Part shown: in pieces, positions 37,943 through 46,652 of the stretch | How the letters are laid out: each line of letters begins with the position of its first letter | How positions within the stretch are numbered: the stretch's first letter is position 1 | From: a virus | Virus record (IMG/VR): IMGVR_UViG_3300011116_000796 | Span: 32,001 to 96,000 of that record | DNA length: 64,000 nt | Direction: 5' to 3' (one strand) | Notes under the pieces: generated by a model | Seen by the model: the letters and a program-made list of their open reading frames with translations, nothing else | Database searches by the model: none | Told to the model about the DNA's origin: nothing | Position numbers and translations under genes: made by a program

Positions 37943-38136
37943 AAGTCCCTGTAAAGAACAACAGAATGGTTCGTGACATGTCGAACAGTGCAATTCTGTC
38001 TATTGACATCGATTCGATCAAAGAATATGAAGACCGATGCAGAAAAATTCAAACAGATAAAGATCGACTAAATAGGCTAGAACAAGAGGTTTTGCAACTT
38101 CGCATGATAATAGAAGAAATAAGGAATAAACCATAA
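37939..38136 (+). CDS. Small conserved coiled-coil hypothetical protein
   Basis: VRD..NSAILS.D...Y pattern typical downstream of VrlC-like genes; ATGA overlap. Confidence 0.7.
   Translation: MKVPVKNNRMVRDMSNSAILSIDIDSIKEYEDRCRKIQTDKDRLNRLEQEVLQLRMIIEEIRNKP
38068..38074 (+). promoter_or_regulatory. Possible late promoter for the tail fibre
   Basis: CTAAATA about 60 nt upstream of ATG 38136. Confidence 0.5.
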
Positions 38137-41100
38137 TGGCTTGCACCTGTACTGGTAACTGCGATTTAATCAACATAGACAATCTTGTTCTATCGGATAC
38201 ATTTTACACATGGTACGACAGAACAAATGAAATAATCGACGCTATAAATCCTCTGCAAGTTTATGATATTAACGTAGGCATAACTGATGGTGGTTTGACG
38301 ATGCATAGCACTTGTGTCGATGGTGACACAAGCGGTGTTTATACCATAAAGGTCTTGCCCGGTCCAGGCATAGGAGTTGGGACAACTGTAACACCGAATT
38401 ATTATTTAAGCCACACTATGATCGATGTTTCGAAGATGTTGATTATAGGTGCAACTGGATATTCAGATGCAGTAGTGTCAAACAGAAACACAGATTCATT
38501 CCCATCTGTAAATGATTGGTTTATCGTTAGTGATACTAGAGACAACAGACTTGGATCAGGCGCAGGAACGCCCAAGAGAGTTCGTGCGGAGCAAATTTTA
38601 CCCCCTACCGTATATCTTCCGCCAGGATTTCAATTTAACGGAAACGTATCGATTAATGGTAATCTGAGTGTTCAAGGTACGGCATCAAATGTTGATTCCA
38701 ACGATCTCAGAATTGAAGATAAACTAATTGAAATTGCATACCATAGATTGGTAAGTATTGATGTCACGGGACCAACATACGCAGGGGCATTTCCAGCACA
38801 GGGTGCCACGTTCTACTATTATGATGCGGGAGTTACAAACCTTGCAGCATATACGACGGTAGGACAAATTAGTGAAGTCAATTTCTTAGGTAAATACACT
38901 AATCTCAAACTCCACAACTTCGTCGCTGGTGGTGTGAATGATATCGTTGCCGGTGGCGCAATTAGTATCACTGGTGCTACATTTGATTTCTTCATGGTTG
39001 CGGGACCAACTACAACCGAAGCATTATTCACAGATGTTGATCTTGATGAAGCAGGACTTGTTGTTCGTGGTGCCGAAGGTAACAAAGAATTCATTTGGGT
39101 TAATTCTCAAGGTCCAGACAACGTCATTTACAATTCATTTGTCACCAACACTAATCTTGGAGTTAGTGGGGATTCAAATTCGGTCATATCTTCTAGATTC
39201 CGCTCGTTCGGGTATGGATCAAGTAATACGAACAATAATAAGTTCCATTTTGTTGGAGATAACGGTGCACCGCCATCTATCAGACTCGGTGGCCTTGGAA
39301 CGGGAGGCGACCAATACGGTTATTGGAGTGTCACAAGACAAAACTACGGTCTTACCACCAGTCAGCAGCCACTTGTATTTGGATTCAAACAGCATCTTGG
39401 ATCTGGAGAAACATCATCATTTACCATTTGGTCAGGAGCATCTGGTCCAACATACCCCTCTATAACAGTTTTAGGACAGACCGGAAATAGAGTAAATAAT
39501 TTTGCACAAAGTTTAAATGTCGATTTCTTGGACGGTGCTCACGGTACAACTATGCCAACTGCTTGGTCGATTCCAATCGCACTTGCAGATGGAACAATTG
39601 ATCCGGGTTGGATTGATAATGAACTTGAAGCACTAGATAAATGCTATGCCTTGTCAGGACACAGTTTCAATATCGGTGATGTGATTAGACTGAATCCCGA
39701 TACTGGAACAATGACTGCCGCAATTGCAACTAGTCGAGAAACTGCTGAAGTCTTGGGAATTGTGAGTGGTGTTCCCGACGCAGACAATTTCTGCATTATT
39801 GCAAATGGATTTATAAGCAATTTGACTGGTCCTCCAGGAAGTAATATATCAGACATTTTGCCTCTCGTAACAGGTCATGCATACTTTCTAAGCGCAGATG
39901 ATGCTGGTGCATTGATCTTGAATCCCGATTCGGGAGCACACCAATTAGAACTTGGGGAAGTGAGAAAACCAATTCTTGTCGCTCTTGGACCAGATAGCGG
40001 ATATATTCACAACTATCTCGGGGCAGTTGAAGGGGAAGAGACCGATATTGTTGATGTTCAAGGAGTTGTTCCAGTTGGAACTATTTCTCCCTACATGGGA
40101 CTCCTTTCTGCCATACCATCAGGATGGCTGCTCTGTGATGGAAGTAGACTTGAAAAATCACTTTGGCCAGAACTATTTGCAGTTATTGGTCAAGCAAATG
40201 AAACAAATGCTCTTGTCAGTGTTCCTCCAGATGCTGATAATGATCCAATAGTATTTGATCTCAATGGGGGAAATAAAGGATTCCTTGTAGGAGATGCAAT
40301 TACAGTAGAAACATTAGGAATAAATGGTGTTCCAATTACAGAAGATAGTGTTGTTACATCAGTAGACAATACAACACAAAAAATTACAGTTTCGGGATGG
40401 ACATGGTTTGGCACTGACTGGGAATCTGCGGATTCCGGTAAATTCAAAATTCGTGGAAGAATAAGCAGTGATATTAGTGAGACTAGTGTATTCCTGCTAC
40501 CCGATGCAAGACAAAAATTTCTTCTTGGTGCATCAAAAAATACTAATTATCCCGACAGATTATCAATTTTCCCAAATGCACCGATTTCTGGTATAAGTCA
40601 ACTTGGAACTCCAATTTTAGATGGAATTCCTGTTGGTTACCACGGTGGTGATCAAACGATCACTCTCAAGGAAAATGAAATACCAGAGCACACACATAGA
40701 CTTTCTAGAATTTCGATTGGCGCAACCTCCGGACTAGATCCAATGACATCTATCGGTGGGCATTTCGTGAATTCAAATATAAGTGCTCGACAGTCAGCCC
40801 TAGCAAATCAGGCATCCGACAGGTTCTTCACTGCCCGTGGACCTCACAATACACCTGTATTCGGAAATGCTGCACACAGCAATGTTCCTGAATTCGTTGC
40901 GGTGTACTGGATAATTAGGGCAAGAAGAGGCATTTCTGCCATGATCTTGAGCGGTCATAATCACGATGATCGTTATATTAGACATGACGGAAATCAGACA
41001 GGACTAACGGCTACAGGTAGAAATACATTCAGAAATAATGCCAAGGTGCTTTCTAATGGTCATGATGGACCAGACACATTCCACTCTACACTCACAGTCA

Positions 41101-42104
41101 CAGGTGGAATTGTTGTTGGTGTAAACAACACATCTTACTTAAATGTTCTTTCTCATGCATCATTTGCTGCATCTGCAACATTCTCAAGTCAATTCTCAAT
41201 AGCAAGAGATTCAGGCACAATTGTGTCTCCTGTTGATGATTCTTCTTGTAAACTTCAAGTTCTTTCGAAGCCAAGTATTCTAAACAAGAATTCTGAGTTG
41301 TACGTTGCAAATGGGTACTCAGGACAATCGTATACAGACATTTCCAATTTGTTATCGGGCGCACCACAAGCAGCATTCTCAAATGCTGCGATCAAGGTTC
41401 ACGGAGGAAATGATAATCGTTCTTCTATAGTCATATTCAACGATAATGCAGATGGGAATGCACGGGATAAAATGTCTCTGCAATTCTGGGGAAATGCTCA
41501 AACTGGATCAACAATAAATGCTAAATTTGCAGGCGCAATACAAGGTGTGGTTGATTCGGGACTTGAGGGAAATCCAAGTCAAATATTGAGAAAAGTTGTT
41601 CTTCAAATTGGTGGAATTAATTCTGCACCAAATACGCCAACTGATGTTATGTCAATCGAAAGATCCTCTGATAATCCTAGTTCGATTGATGTTAGATTTA
41701 GCACTGGAGTTCCAGAAGTTTCTGATGGTACACATTTTCCTGTTCTGATTGATGGAACTGGTAAATTAAGTCAATCAACATCTAAACATGGTTTTATGCA
41801 AATTGTTGGTAGAGCAGAATGTTCTTTGAACGGTACTGCTCTAACCTCTGTCCTCAAAGGTGATATAGAAAGTGTAACGAGAACAACCATCGGTAAATTT
41901 ACTGTAACTATGAAAGCGGCGGTGTTCTCCAATAACGATTTTGGAGTTATATGTTCTGGTGGTGGATCTAACAATGGATTGGCTGTTAGCAGTAAATCAT
42001 ACAACACAACAACTCAAAAAGCATCTTTTGAAGTTGTGTGCAAATCATCAACAACCTTATATGCGGATCCGACCGAGGGATTCGAAATATTTGTAACAAC
42101 ATAA
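38136..42104 (+). CDS. Tail fibre protein with tail-collar domain
   Basis: N-terminal SDTF..W...TNE, GNLSVQGT...IEDKLIE, collar motifs PVGTISPY..IPSGWLLCDG, FLLPDAR, EIPEHTH, VYWIIRA. Confidence 0.85.
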   Translation: MACTCTGNCDLINIDNLVLSDTFYTWYDRTNEIIDAINPLQVYDINVGITDGGLTMHSTCVDGDTSGVYTIKVLPGPGIGVGTTVTPNYYLSHTMIDVSKMLIIGATGYSDAVVSNRNTDSFPSVNDWFIVSDTRDNRLGSGAGTPKRVRAEQILPPTVYLPPGFQFNGNVSINGNLSVQGTASNVDSNDLRIEDKLIEIAYHRLVSIDVTGPTYAGAFPAQGATFYYYDAGVTNLAAYTTVGQISEVNFLGKYTNLKLHNFVAGGVNDIVAGGAISITGATFDFFMVAGPTTTEALFTDVDLDEAGLVVRGAEGNKEFIWVNSQGPDNVIYNSFVTNTNLGVSGDSNSVISSRFRSFGYGSSNTNNNKFHFVGDNGAPPSIRLGGLGTGGDQYGYWSVTRQNYGLTTSQQPLVFGFKQHLGSGETSSFTIWSGASGPTYPSITVLGQTGNRVNNFAQSLNVDFLDGAHGTTMPTAWSIPIALADGTIDPGWIDNELEALDKCYALSGHSFNIGDVIRLNPDTGTMTAAIATSRETAEVLGIVSGVPDADNFCIIANGFISNLTGPPGSNISDILPLVTGHAYFLSADDAGALILNPDSGAHQLELGEVRKPILVALGPDSGYIHNYLGAVEGEETDIVDVQGVVPVGTISPYMGLLSAIPSGWLLCDGSRLEKSLWPELFAVIGQANETNALVSVPPDADNDPIVFDLNGGNKGFLVGDAITVETLGINGVPITEDSVVTSVDNTTQKITVSGWTWFGTDWESADSGKFKIRGRISSDISETSVFLLPDARQKFLLGASKNTNYPDRLSIFPNAPISGISQLGTPILDGIPVGYHGGDQTITLKENEIPEHTHRLSRISIGATSGLDPMTSIGGHFVNSNISARQSALANQASDRFFTARGPHNTPVFGNAAHSNVPEFVAVYWIIRARRGISAMILSGHNHDDRYIRHDGNQTGLTATGRNTFRNNAKVLSNGHDGPDTFHSTLTVTGGIVVGVNNTSYLNVLSHASFAASATFSSQFSIARDSGTIVSPVDDSSCKLQVLSKPSILNKNSELYVANGYSGQSYTDISNLLSGAPQAAFSNAAIKVHGGNDNRSSIVIFNDNADGNARDKMSLQFWGNAQTGSTINAKFAGAIQGVVDSGLEGNPSQILRKVVLQIGGINSAPNTPTDVMSIERSSDNPSSIDVRFSTGVPEVSDGTHFPVLIDGTGKLSQSTSKHGFMQIVGRAECSLNGTALTSVLKGDIESVTRTTIGKFTVTMKAAVFSNNDFGVICSGGGSNNGLAVSSKSYNTTTQKASFEVVCKSSTTLYADPTEGFEIFVTT

Positions 42105-42105
42105 C

Positions 42106-42981
42106 ATGACAACAACATCAACACAACCTTGCTGCGATAACTATGCGAAGTGGAAAAATTGGGGTCTAAACTCCAATACCACAAATGCTGAACAACAAAT
42201 TGACAATTTCTCATTTGTCATGGGTAAAGATTTTCTTTGGTTCTATCGAACTTATGTTTTGAAGTACGAAGAGTCTGTTTTGATTTGGAACGTATCTGAG
42301 AGTCAAACCATCAGATCAGAATTTCTTTTGGAAGAAGATAACTTCGCAATTCAGGTTGCAAGTGGTATTTTTCAAGAAATTGTTAAGAGGGAACCAAAAA
42401 TATTAATAATTTTTACCGAATACAGTAGATCGAATTGGTCTGAAAGAGAGTGTTGTGAAAACGGAGGACCAAAAGGAAAACTGACTATTTTAAGAAACCT
42501 GATCGATAATATGTACAGTCGTGTTGTTCGGGAATGCGATAGAAGGACAAGAAATAACGGGTTTCATTGCACCACAATTAAAGACTACTTAGCAAACTTG
42601 TTGTTGAGAATATCATTAGATTTTACTGATTCCCGTGGAACACCATTTAGATCGGCTGTGTTGTCTAAAACACCAAAAGACAATACTCCATCATCAGAAC
42701 CAAATATTATACTTTCTGAAAGTGTTTGTTCTGATTTAGTAAATCAACTCAAATCCCAACTTAAATCTGCTTCGGTTGATGCATTTCCGGATGAGTGTGA
42801 ACTATGCTGTCCTATGACACCAATTTGTTATGATCAGATGAAACAAGTTCAGAAAAACATAGGTGATACAAATAGGAAAATTTCAGACACAATAGATAAA
42901 TATTTGTCTCTGTGTGGTCCTAATTTACCAAGAAATCAAGAAGTTAATTTTGATGAGACAAACTGGGAAAGATGGCAATAA
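42106..42981 (+). CDS. Cys-rich hypothetical protein
   Basis: 291 aa with three CC pairs (12 Cys by hand count); coupled to the tail-fibre stop. Confidence 0.7.
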   Translation: MTTTSTQPCCDNYAKWKNWGLNSNTTNAEQQIDNFSFVMGKDFLWFYRTYVLKYEESVLIWNVSESQTIRSEFLLEEDNFAIQVASGIFQEIVKREPKILIIFTEYSRSNWSERECCENGGPKGKLTILRNLIDNMYSRVVRECDRRTRNNGFHCTTIKDYLANLLLRISLDFTDSRGTPFRSAVLSKTPKDNTPSSEPNIILSESVCSDLVNQLKSQLKSASVDAFPDECELCCPMTPICYDQMKQVQKNIGDTNRKISDTIDKYLSLCGPNLPRNQEVNFDETNWERWQ

Positions 42982-42990
42982 GGTGCAAGA

Positions 42991-45327
42991 ATGAAAAAGC
43001 AGTCCATCAATAGAGAGATAGATCAGAATACAGATTTCGGTTTTACATACTATCCTTTAGATAAGGATGGTAACAAATTATCATCTAATGAAATTGCACT
43101 TCAAAATGTGACTGCTTATTGTTCTGTCAAGAAGTATCCAAGTTCTAGTACTTCTATCAATCTACAAACTTCGATTGGTTCTGACAATCAATCTCACATA
43201 TTTGTGAAAGTCTATGCTGCTGCATCGCAAACTGTAACTTTCAAAGAAGGAACATGGTTTTATGATGTCATCGTAGATATTGGTGATCCATATACTCGCA
43301 GTAAAGTTCTTGAAGGGCTGATTTTTGTGTATCCATCAGTTTCTAACACAAACAGTTTTATTTCTGCTGTGCAAAATGATTTTGCGGCAGTTTTAAACTC
43401 AGGAAACAGAATTGATATCAGCACTTATACAAGACTTATTCGATCACCATTTCAATCCGGTTATTTTTCACCTGAAGCAAGATCGACTGATAGTGCTGAG
43501 TATGATGATGAATCGCAACGAAAAATGCAGAGATGTTGCGATATTCAAAACTATTGGATGAATTTTATTAAAAGTTGGAGTCCAGAAAAATGGGTTAATG
43601 ATGGCAATGATAATCTATCTATTACTGAAAAATTTTTAGAGGCTCTGCGAATCAAGTACACAATAGATCGATATCTAAAAAGGTTGTTGGAGTATCAGGT
43701 TAGAAGATATAATGAACGACCCATTTTAATTCCATTACCGGCTTGGTTGAAGGATGATTGGCCGTTGAGATTACCGCAATTTCCTCCAGTTGGTCCATCA
43801 TATTGGCCCGATGAATTAATACCATTTAAGCCTGTGCCATACATCCCTTCGCTTGAGGATGGGCCAGGAGCAGATGACCTTCGTCCCCTATCGTGGTATT
43901 GGCCTTGGCAAGATGCATTCAATCCCAACCAACCGAGCATACTAGATATTTTTCCTGGCGGTATTCCAAAATTGATCCTGGAGGATTTGCTCATACTAAA
44001 ATTGACCTGTCAGAAGGATCTTAGCAAATTTTGGGATTTAATGCTGAGGGATGATTGTACGTGTACAGAAAATGAATATATTGAAGGATCATATGTGTCA
44101 CCGGCACCATGTAAATATGAATTCCAAAGACTAATTGATACCTTAACTGATCCCTCTTTTAATGCGAACTCATTTGATCCAGAAGAAACAGATTGCTGTA
44201 CAAGTTTTGGATTCATGGCACCAATATTTTCTTTACTGAACTGCCTAATAACAAGAGCAAATGGGGTTCCATGTCTTTTTGGTTGCGACGAAGAGAGAGG
44301 TTTATCCCCTGGGCAGAGTATTGATCCTGGTGGATTTTGGTGGGATGACTCATATGAATGTACTACTGATCTTGGTAAATTCTTAAATGCGCTTCGTAGA
44401 GATATTTTAGTTGGTTGGTTGTATTGCCAGTTTGAATGTGCCAAGCGTGGGTATGGTGATGCGGGTGGTCCTTGTGGTTGCCTTCCGAAATGCGATATTT
44501 TACCACCTGATCCTAACGATCCCGATCCGCCAAATCTAAGAGATATTGAAGATATAATAGATCCCCCGCAAGACCGTCCAGGAACTCAGCCAGAATCTTG
44601 GCATGAAATATACCGTAATTGCCCTGGCCTGTTAAGAAACCCATATGGTGGTGTCCCATATGGAGATGGAGAGAATCCATATCCTCCTGGAGAACTTCCA
44701 GTTTATCCTGAGGAGGGCTTTCCCAGTTGGAACCCTCTTAATCGAGAATTTCGAAAACCAATTGAAGAGTTTAACTCGTTGTGTGGTTCCTATTTTAGTT
44801 CACCATCAATAACATTTGAAACTAAGATGTGCTGTGACTGTGTGCGAGATTTGATTCCAACATGCGCAGATCCTGTTCCTCCGGCGGGCGGTTGGCCTGA
44901 GGGTTATCAACCAGAACCATGCACACCAAGTTGGGATGATCCTATTGCTGCACTTTGCGTGTCCGTTTTGAATTTGCTTACCGCTGACATTAGCGGATTT
45001 ACAATTGACCCCGATACAGCAATTCCCGGAGGCACACCAATAAATTTAGACCTACTGAATAAGAGTTGTGGATCTGGACCTACCATTCCACCTAAACCCC
45101 CCCGTGATGTTGGTGAACCCGAAAGCGAAGGTATAACTCCATCCGCACTAAGACAAAAATGTAAAGACTTGTCTGCAACATATTTGATGGAAGTATTGTC
45201 TTGGATTCAATGTATATTGGATTACCTAGAAAGGAATCATCCAAACCAACATGACGATAAGAAGAAGAAACTAGAAGATTTAATTCGCAAAATCCAAATT
45301 TGCATGGTTTCTTGCACAAATTCATGA
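42991..45327 (+). CDS. Cys/Pro-rich protein with an N-terminal virion-attachment-type domain
   Basis: N-terminal IDQNTDF...VKKYPSS...GTWFYDV...SKVLEG.IFV.PSVS resembles a small structural domain of T4-like aquatic phages; about 31 Cys overall. Confidence 0.7.
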   Translation: MKKQSINREIDQNTDFGFTYYPLDKDGNKLSSNEIALQNVTAYCSVKKYPSSSTSINLQTSIGSDNQSHIFVKVYAAASQTVTFKEGTWFYDVIVDIGDPYTRSKVLEGLIFVYPSVSNTNSFISAVQNDFAAVLNSGNRIDISTYTRLIRSPFQSGYFSPEARSTDSAEYDDESQRKMQRCCDIQNYWMNFIKSWSPEKWVNDGNDNLSITEKFLEALRIKYTIDRYLKRLLEYQVRRYNERPILIPLPAWLKDDWPLRLPQFPPVGPSYWPDELIPFKPVPYIPSLEDGPGADDLRPLSWYWPWQDAFNPNQPSILDIFPGGIPKLILEDLLILKLTCQKDLSKFWDLMLRDDCTCTENEYIEGSYVSPAPCKYEFQRLIDTLTDPSFNANSFDPEETDCCTSFGFMAPIFSLLNCLITRANGVPCLFGCDEERGLSPGQSIDPGGFWWDDSYECTTDLGKFLNALRRDILVGWLYCQFECAKRGYGDAGGPCGCLPKCDILPPDPNDPDPPNLRDIEDIIDPPQDRPGTQPESWHEIYRNCPGLLRNPYGGVPYGDGENPYPPGELPVYPEEGFPSWNPLNREFRKPIEEFNSLCGSYFSSPSITFETKMCCDCVRDLIPTCADPVPPAGGWPEGYQPEPCTPSWDDPIAALCVSVLNLLTADISGFTIDPDTAIPGGTPINLDLLNKSCGSGPTIPPKPPRDVGEPESEGITPSALRQKCKDLSATYLMEVLSWIQCILDYLERNHPNQHDDKKKKLEDLIRKIQICMVSCTNS

Positions 45328-45346
45328 ACAACAATATCATGATCCA

Positions 45347-45353
45347 CTAAATA
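45347..45353 (+). promoter_or_regulatory. Late promoter for the glycosyltransferase
   Basis: CTAAATA, then GGAG SD and ATG 45390. Confidence 0.7.
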
Positions 45354-45389
45354 TCAGAGGCTAACGCAACTAATTCAACATGGAGATTA

Positions 45390-46595
45390 ATGATGGAAAG
45401 TGCAACTATTGATGCTGTGAATGTGAACGATTCAACGAGTGAATTACCTCAGAGCACAAAGACCAATACAGTAACATTGTGCATGATTGTCAAAGATGAA
45501 GCACATGTCATCGAAAGATGCCTTTCTTCAGTTGTGCCTGTGATTGACTATTGGGTTATTGTGGACACGGGATCAACTGACGGCACACAGGAGAAGATCA
45601 AAGACTTCTTCGACAGAAATAATATTCCTGGTGAACTACACGAAGTTCCTTGGGTAGATTTCGGAACAAATCGAAGCAAAGCACTAGAACTCGCTCAGAA
45701 GACCGGATACGACTATTCATTAATGATCGATGCAGATGAGATTCTTGTTTTCGATCCTGGATTTGATCCCGATCAGTTCAAGAATTCGCTAACCGCAGAT
45801 CTCTATAATGTTTTTGCGATCTACGGTCAAACAAAGTACCACCGTCCTCAACTTACAAGTAATCACAAACGATTCTATTATCGTGGAGTTCTCCATGAGT
45901 ATGTCGATTGCCATGAGGAAATTGGAGCAAGAGATTTTGCCCGTGGATTTGTTAACACGCCAATCCAAGATGGCAATCGATCTAAGTCTGCTGATAAGTA
46001 TGCGAAAGATGCTCTTGTGTTTGAAGAGGCACTTGCATCGGGTAAAGTTGAAGAGAAAGACTTCAATAGATATCACTTCTATCTTGCACAGTCATATCGT
46101 GACTCGCAGCAATGGGAAAAGTCACTTTCGGCTTATCTGAAGAGAGCAGAACTTGGTGGGTGGAATGAAGAAGTTTTCTATTCTTACTATCAAGCAGGAA
46201 GAATTATGGAGGTTCTCAAGAAGGAATTTGATGAGATCATCCGCATGTACTTCCAAGCCTATCAAGCGGCTCCTTGGAGAGCAGAGAGTCTTTGGGCTGC
46301 TGCAAGACTTTGTCGAAACTACTGCCGATGGGATCAGGCTTATCGCTTTGCAAAGCAGGCACTAAAGATCAGATATCCTGAGGGTGCTCTGTTCGTAGGT
46401 CAGACGATTTATGATTGGGCAATTCTTGATGAGTTTGCAATTTCGTCATATTGGACTGAGAATTATCGTGAATCTCGTCTTGCATCCATTCAGTTGCTGA
46501 ATGACAACAAATTCCCCGCTGATCAGAAAGAGAGAATTGAGGCAAATCTCAAGTTTGCTACCGAATCTCTGCTGAATGAACAGCAGGCCAAGTAA
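45390..46595 (+). CDS. GT2-family glycosyltransferase with C-terminal TPR repeats
   Basis: LCMIVKDEAHVIERCL, IVDTGSTDGT, WVDFGTNR, DxD motif IDADE, YRGVLHE; TPR-like FYLAQSYRD...A...Y..R, AYQAAPWRAE. Confidence 0.93.
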   Translation: MMESATIDAVNVNDSTSELPQSTKTNTVTLCMIVKDEAHVIERCLSSVVPVIDYWVIVDTGSTDGTQEKIKDFFDRNNIPGELHEVPWVDFGTNRSKALELAQKTGYDYSLMIDADEILVFDPGFDPDQFKNSLTADLYNVFAIYGQTKYHRPQLTSNHKRFYYRGVLHEYVDCHEEIGARDFARGFVNTPIQDGNRSKSADKYAKDALVFEEALASGKVEEKDFNRYHFYLAQSYRDSQQWEKSLSAYLKRAELGGWNEEVFYSYYQAGRIMEVLKKEFDEIIRMYFQAYQAAPWRAESLWAAARLCRNYCRWDQAYRFAKQALKIRYPEGALFVGQTIYDWAILDEFAISSYWTENYRESRLASIQLLNDNKFPADQKERIEANLKFATESLLNEQQAK

Positions 46596-46621
46596 GTAAA
46601 GTGGTTAGGTGTATTTGTTGT

Positions 46622-46628
46622 CTAAATA
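46622..46628 (+). promoter_or_regulatory. Late promoter (CTAAATA)
   Basis: Upstream of AAGGA SD and ATG 46653. Confidence 0.7.
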
Positions 46629-46652
46629 GTCGAGTAACAAAGGACTAATTAG

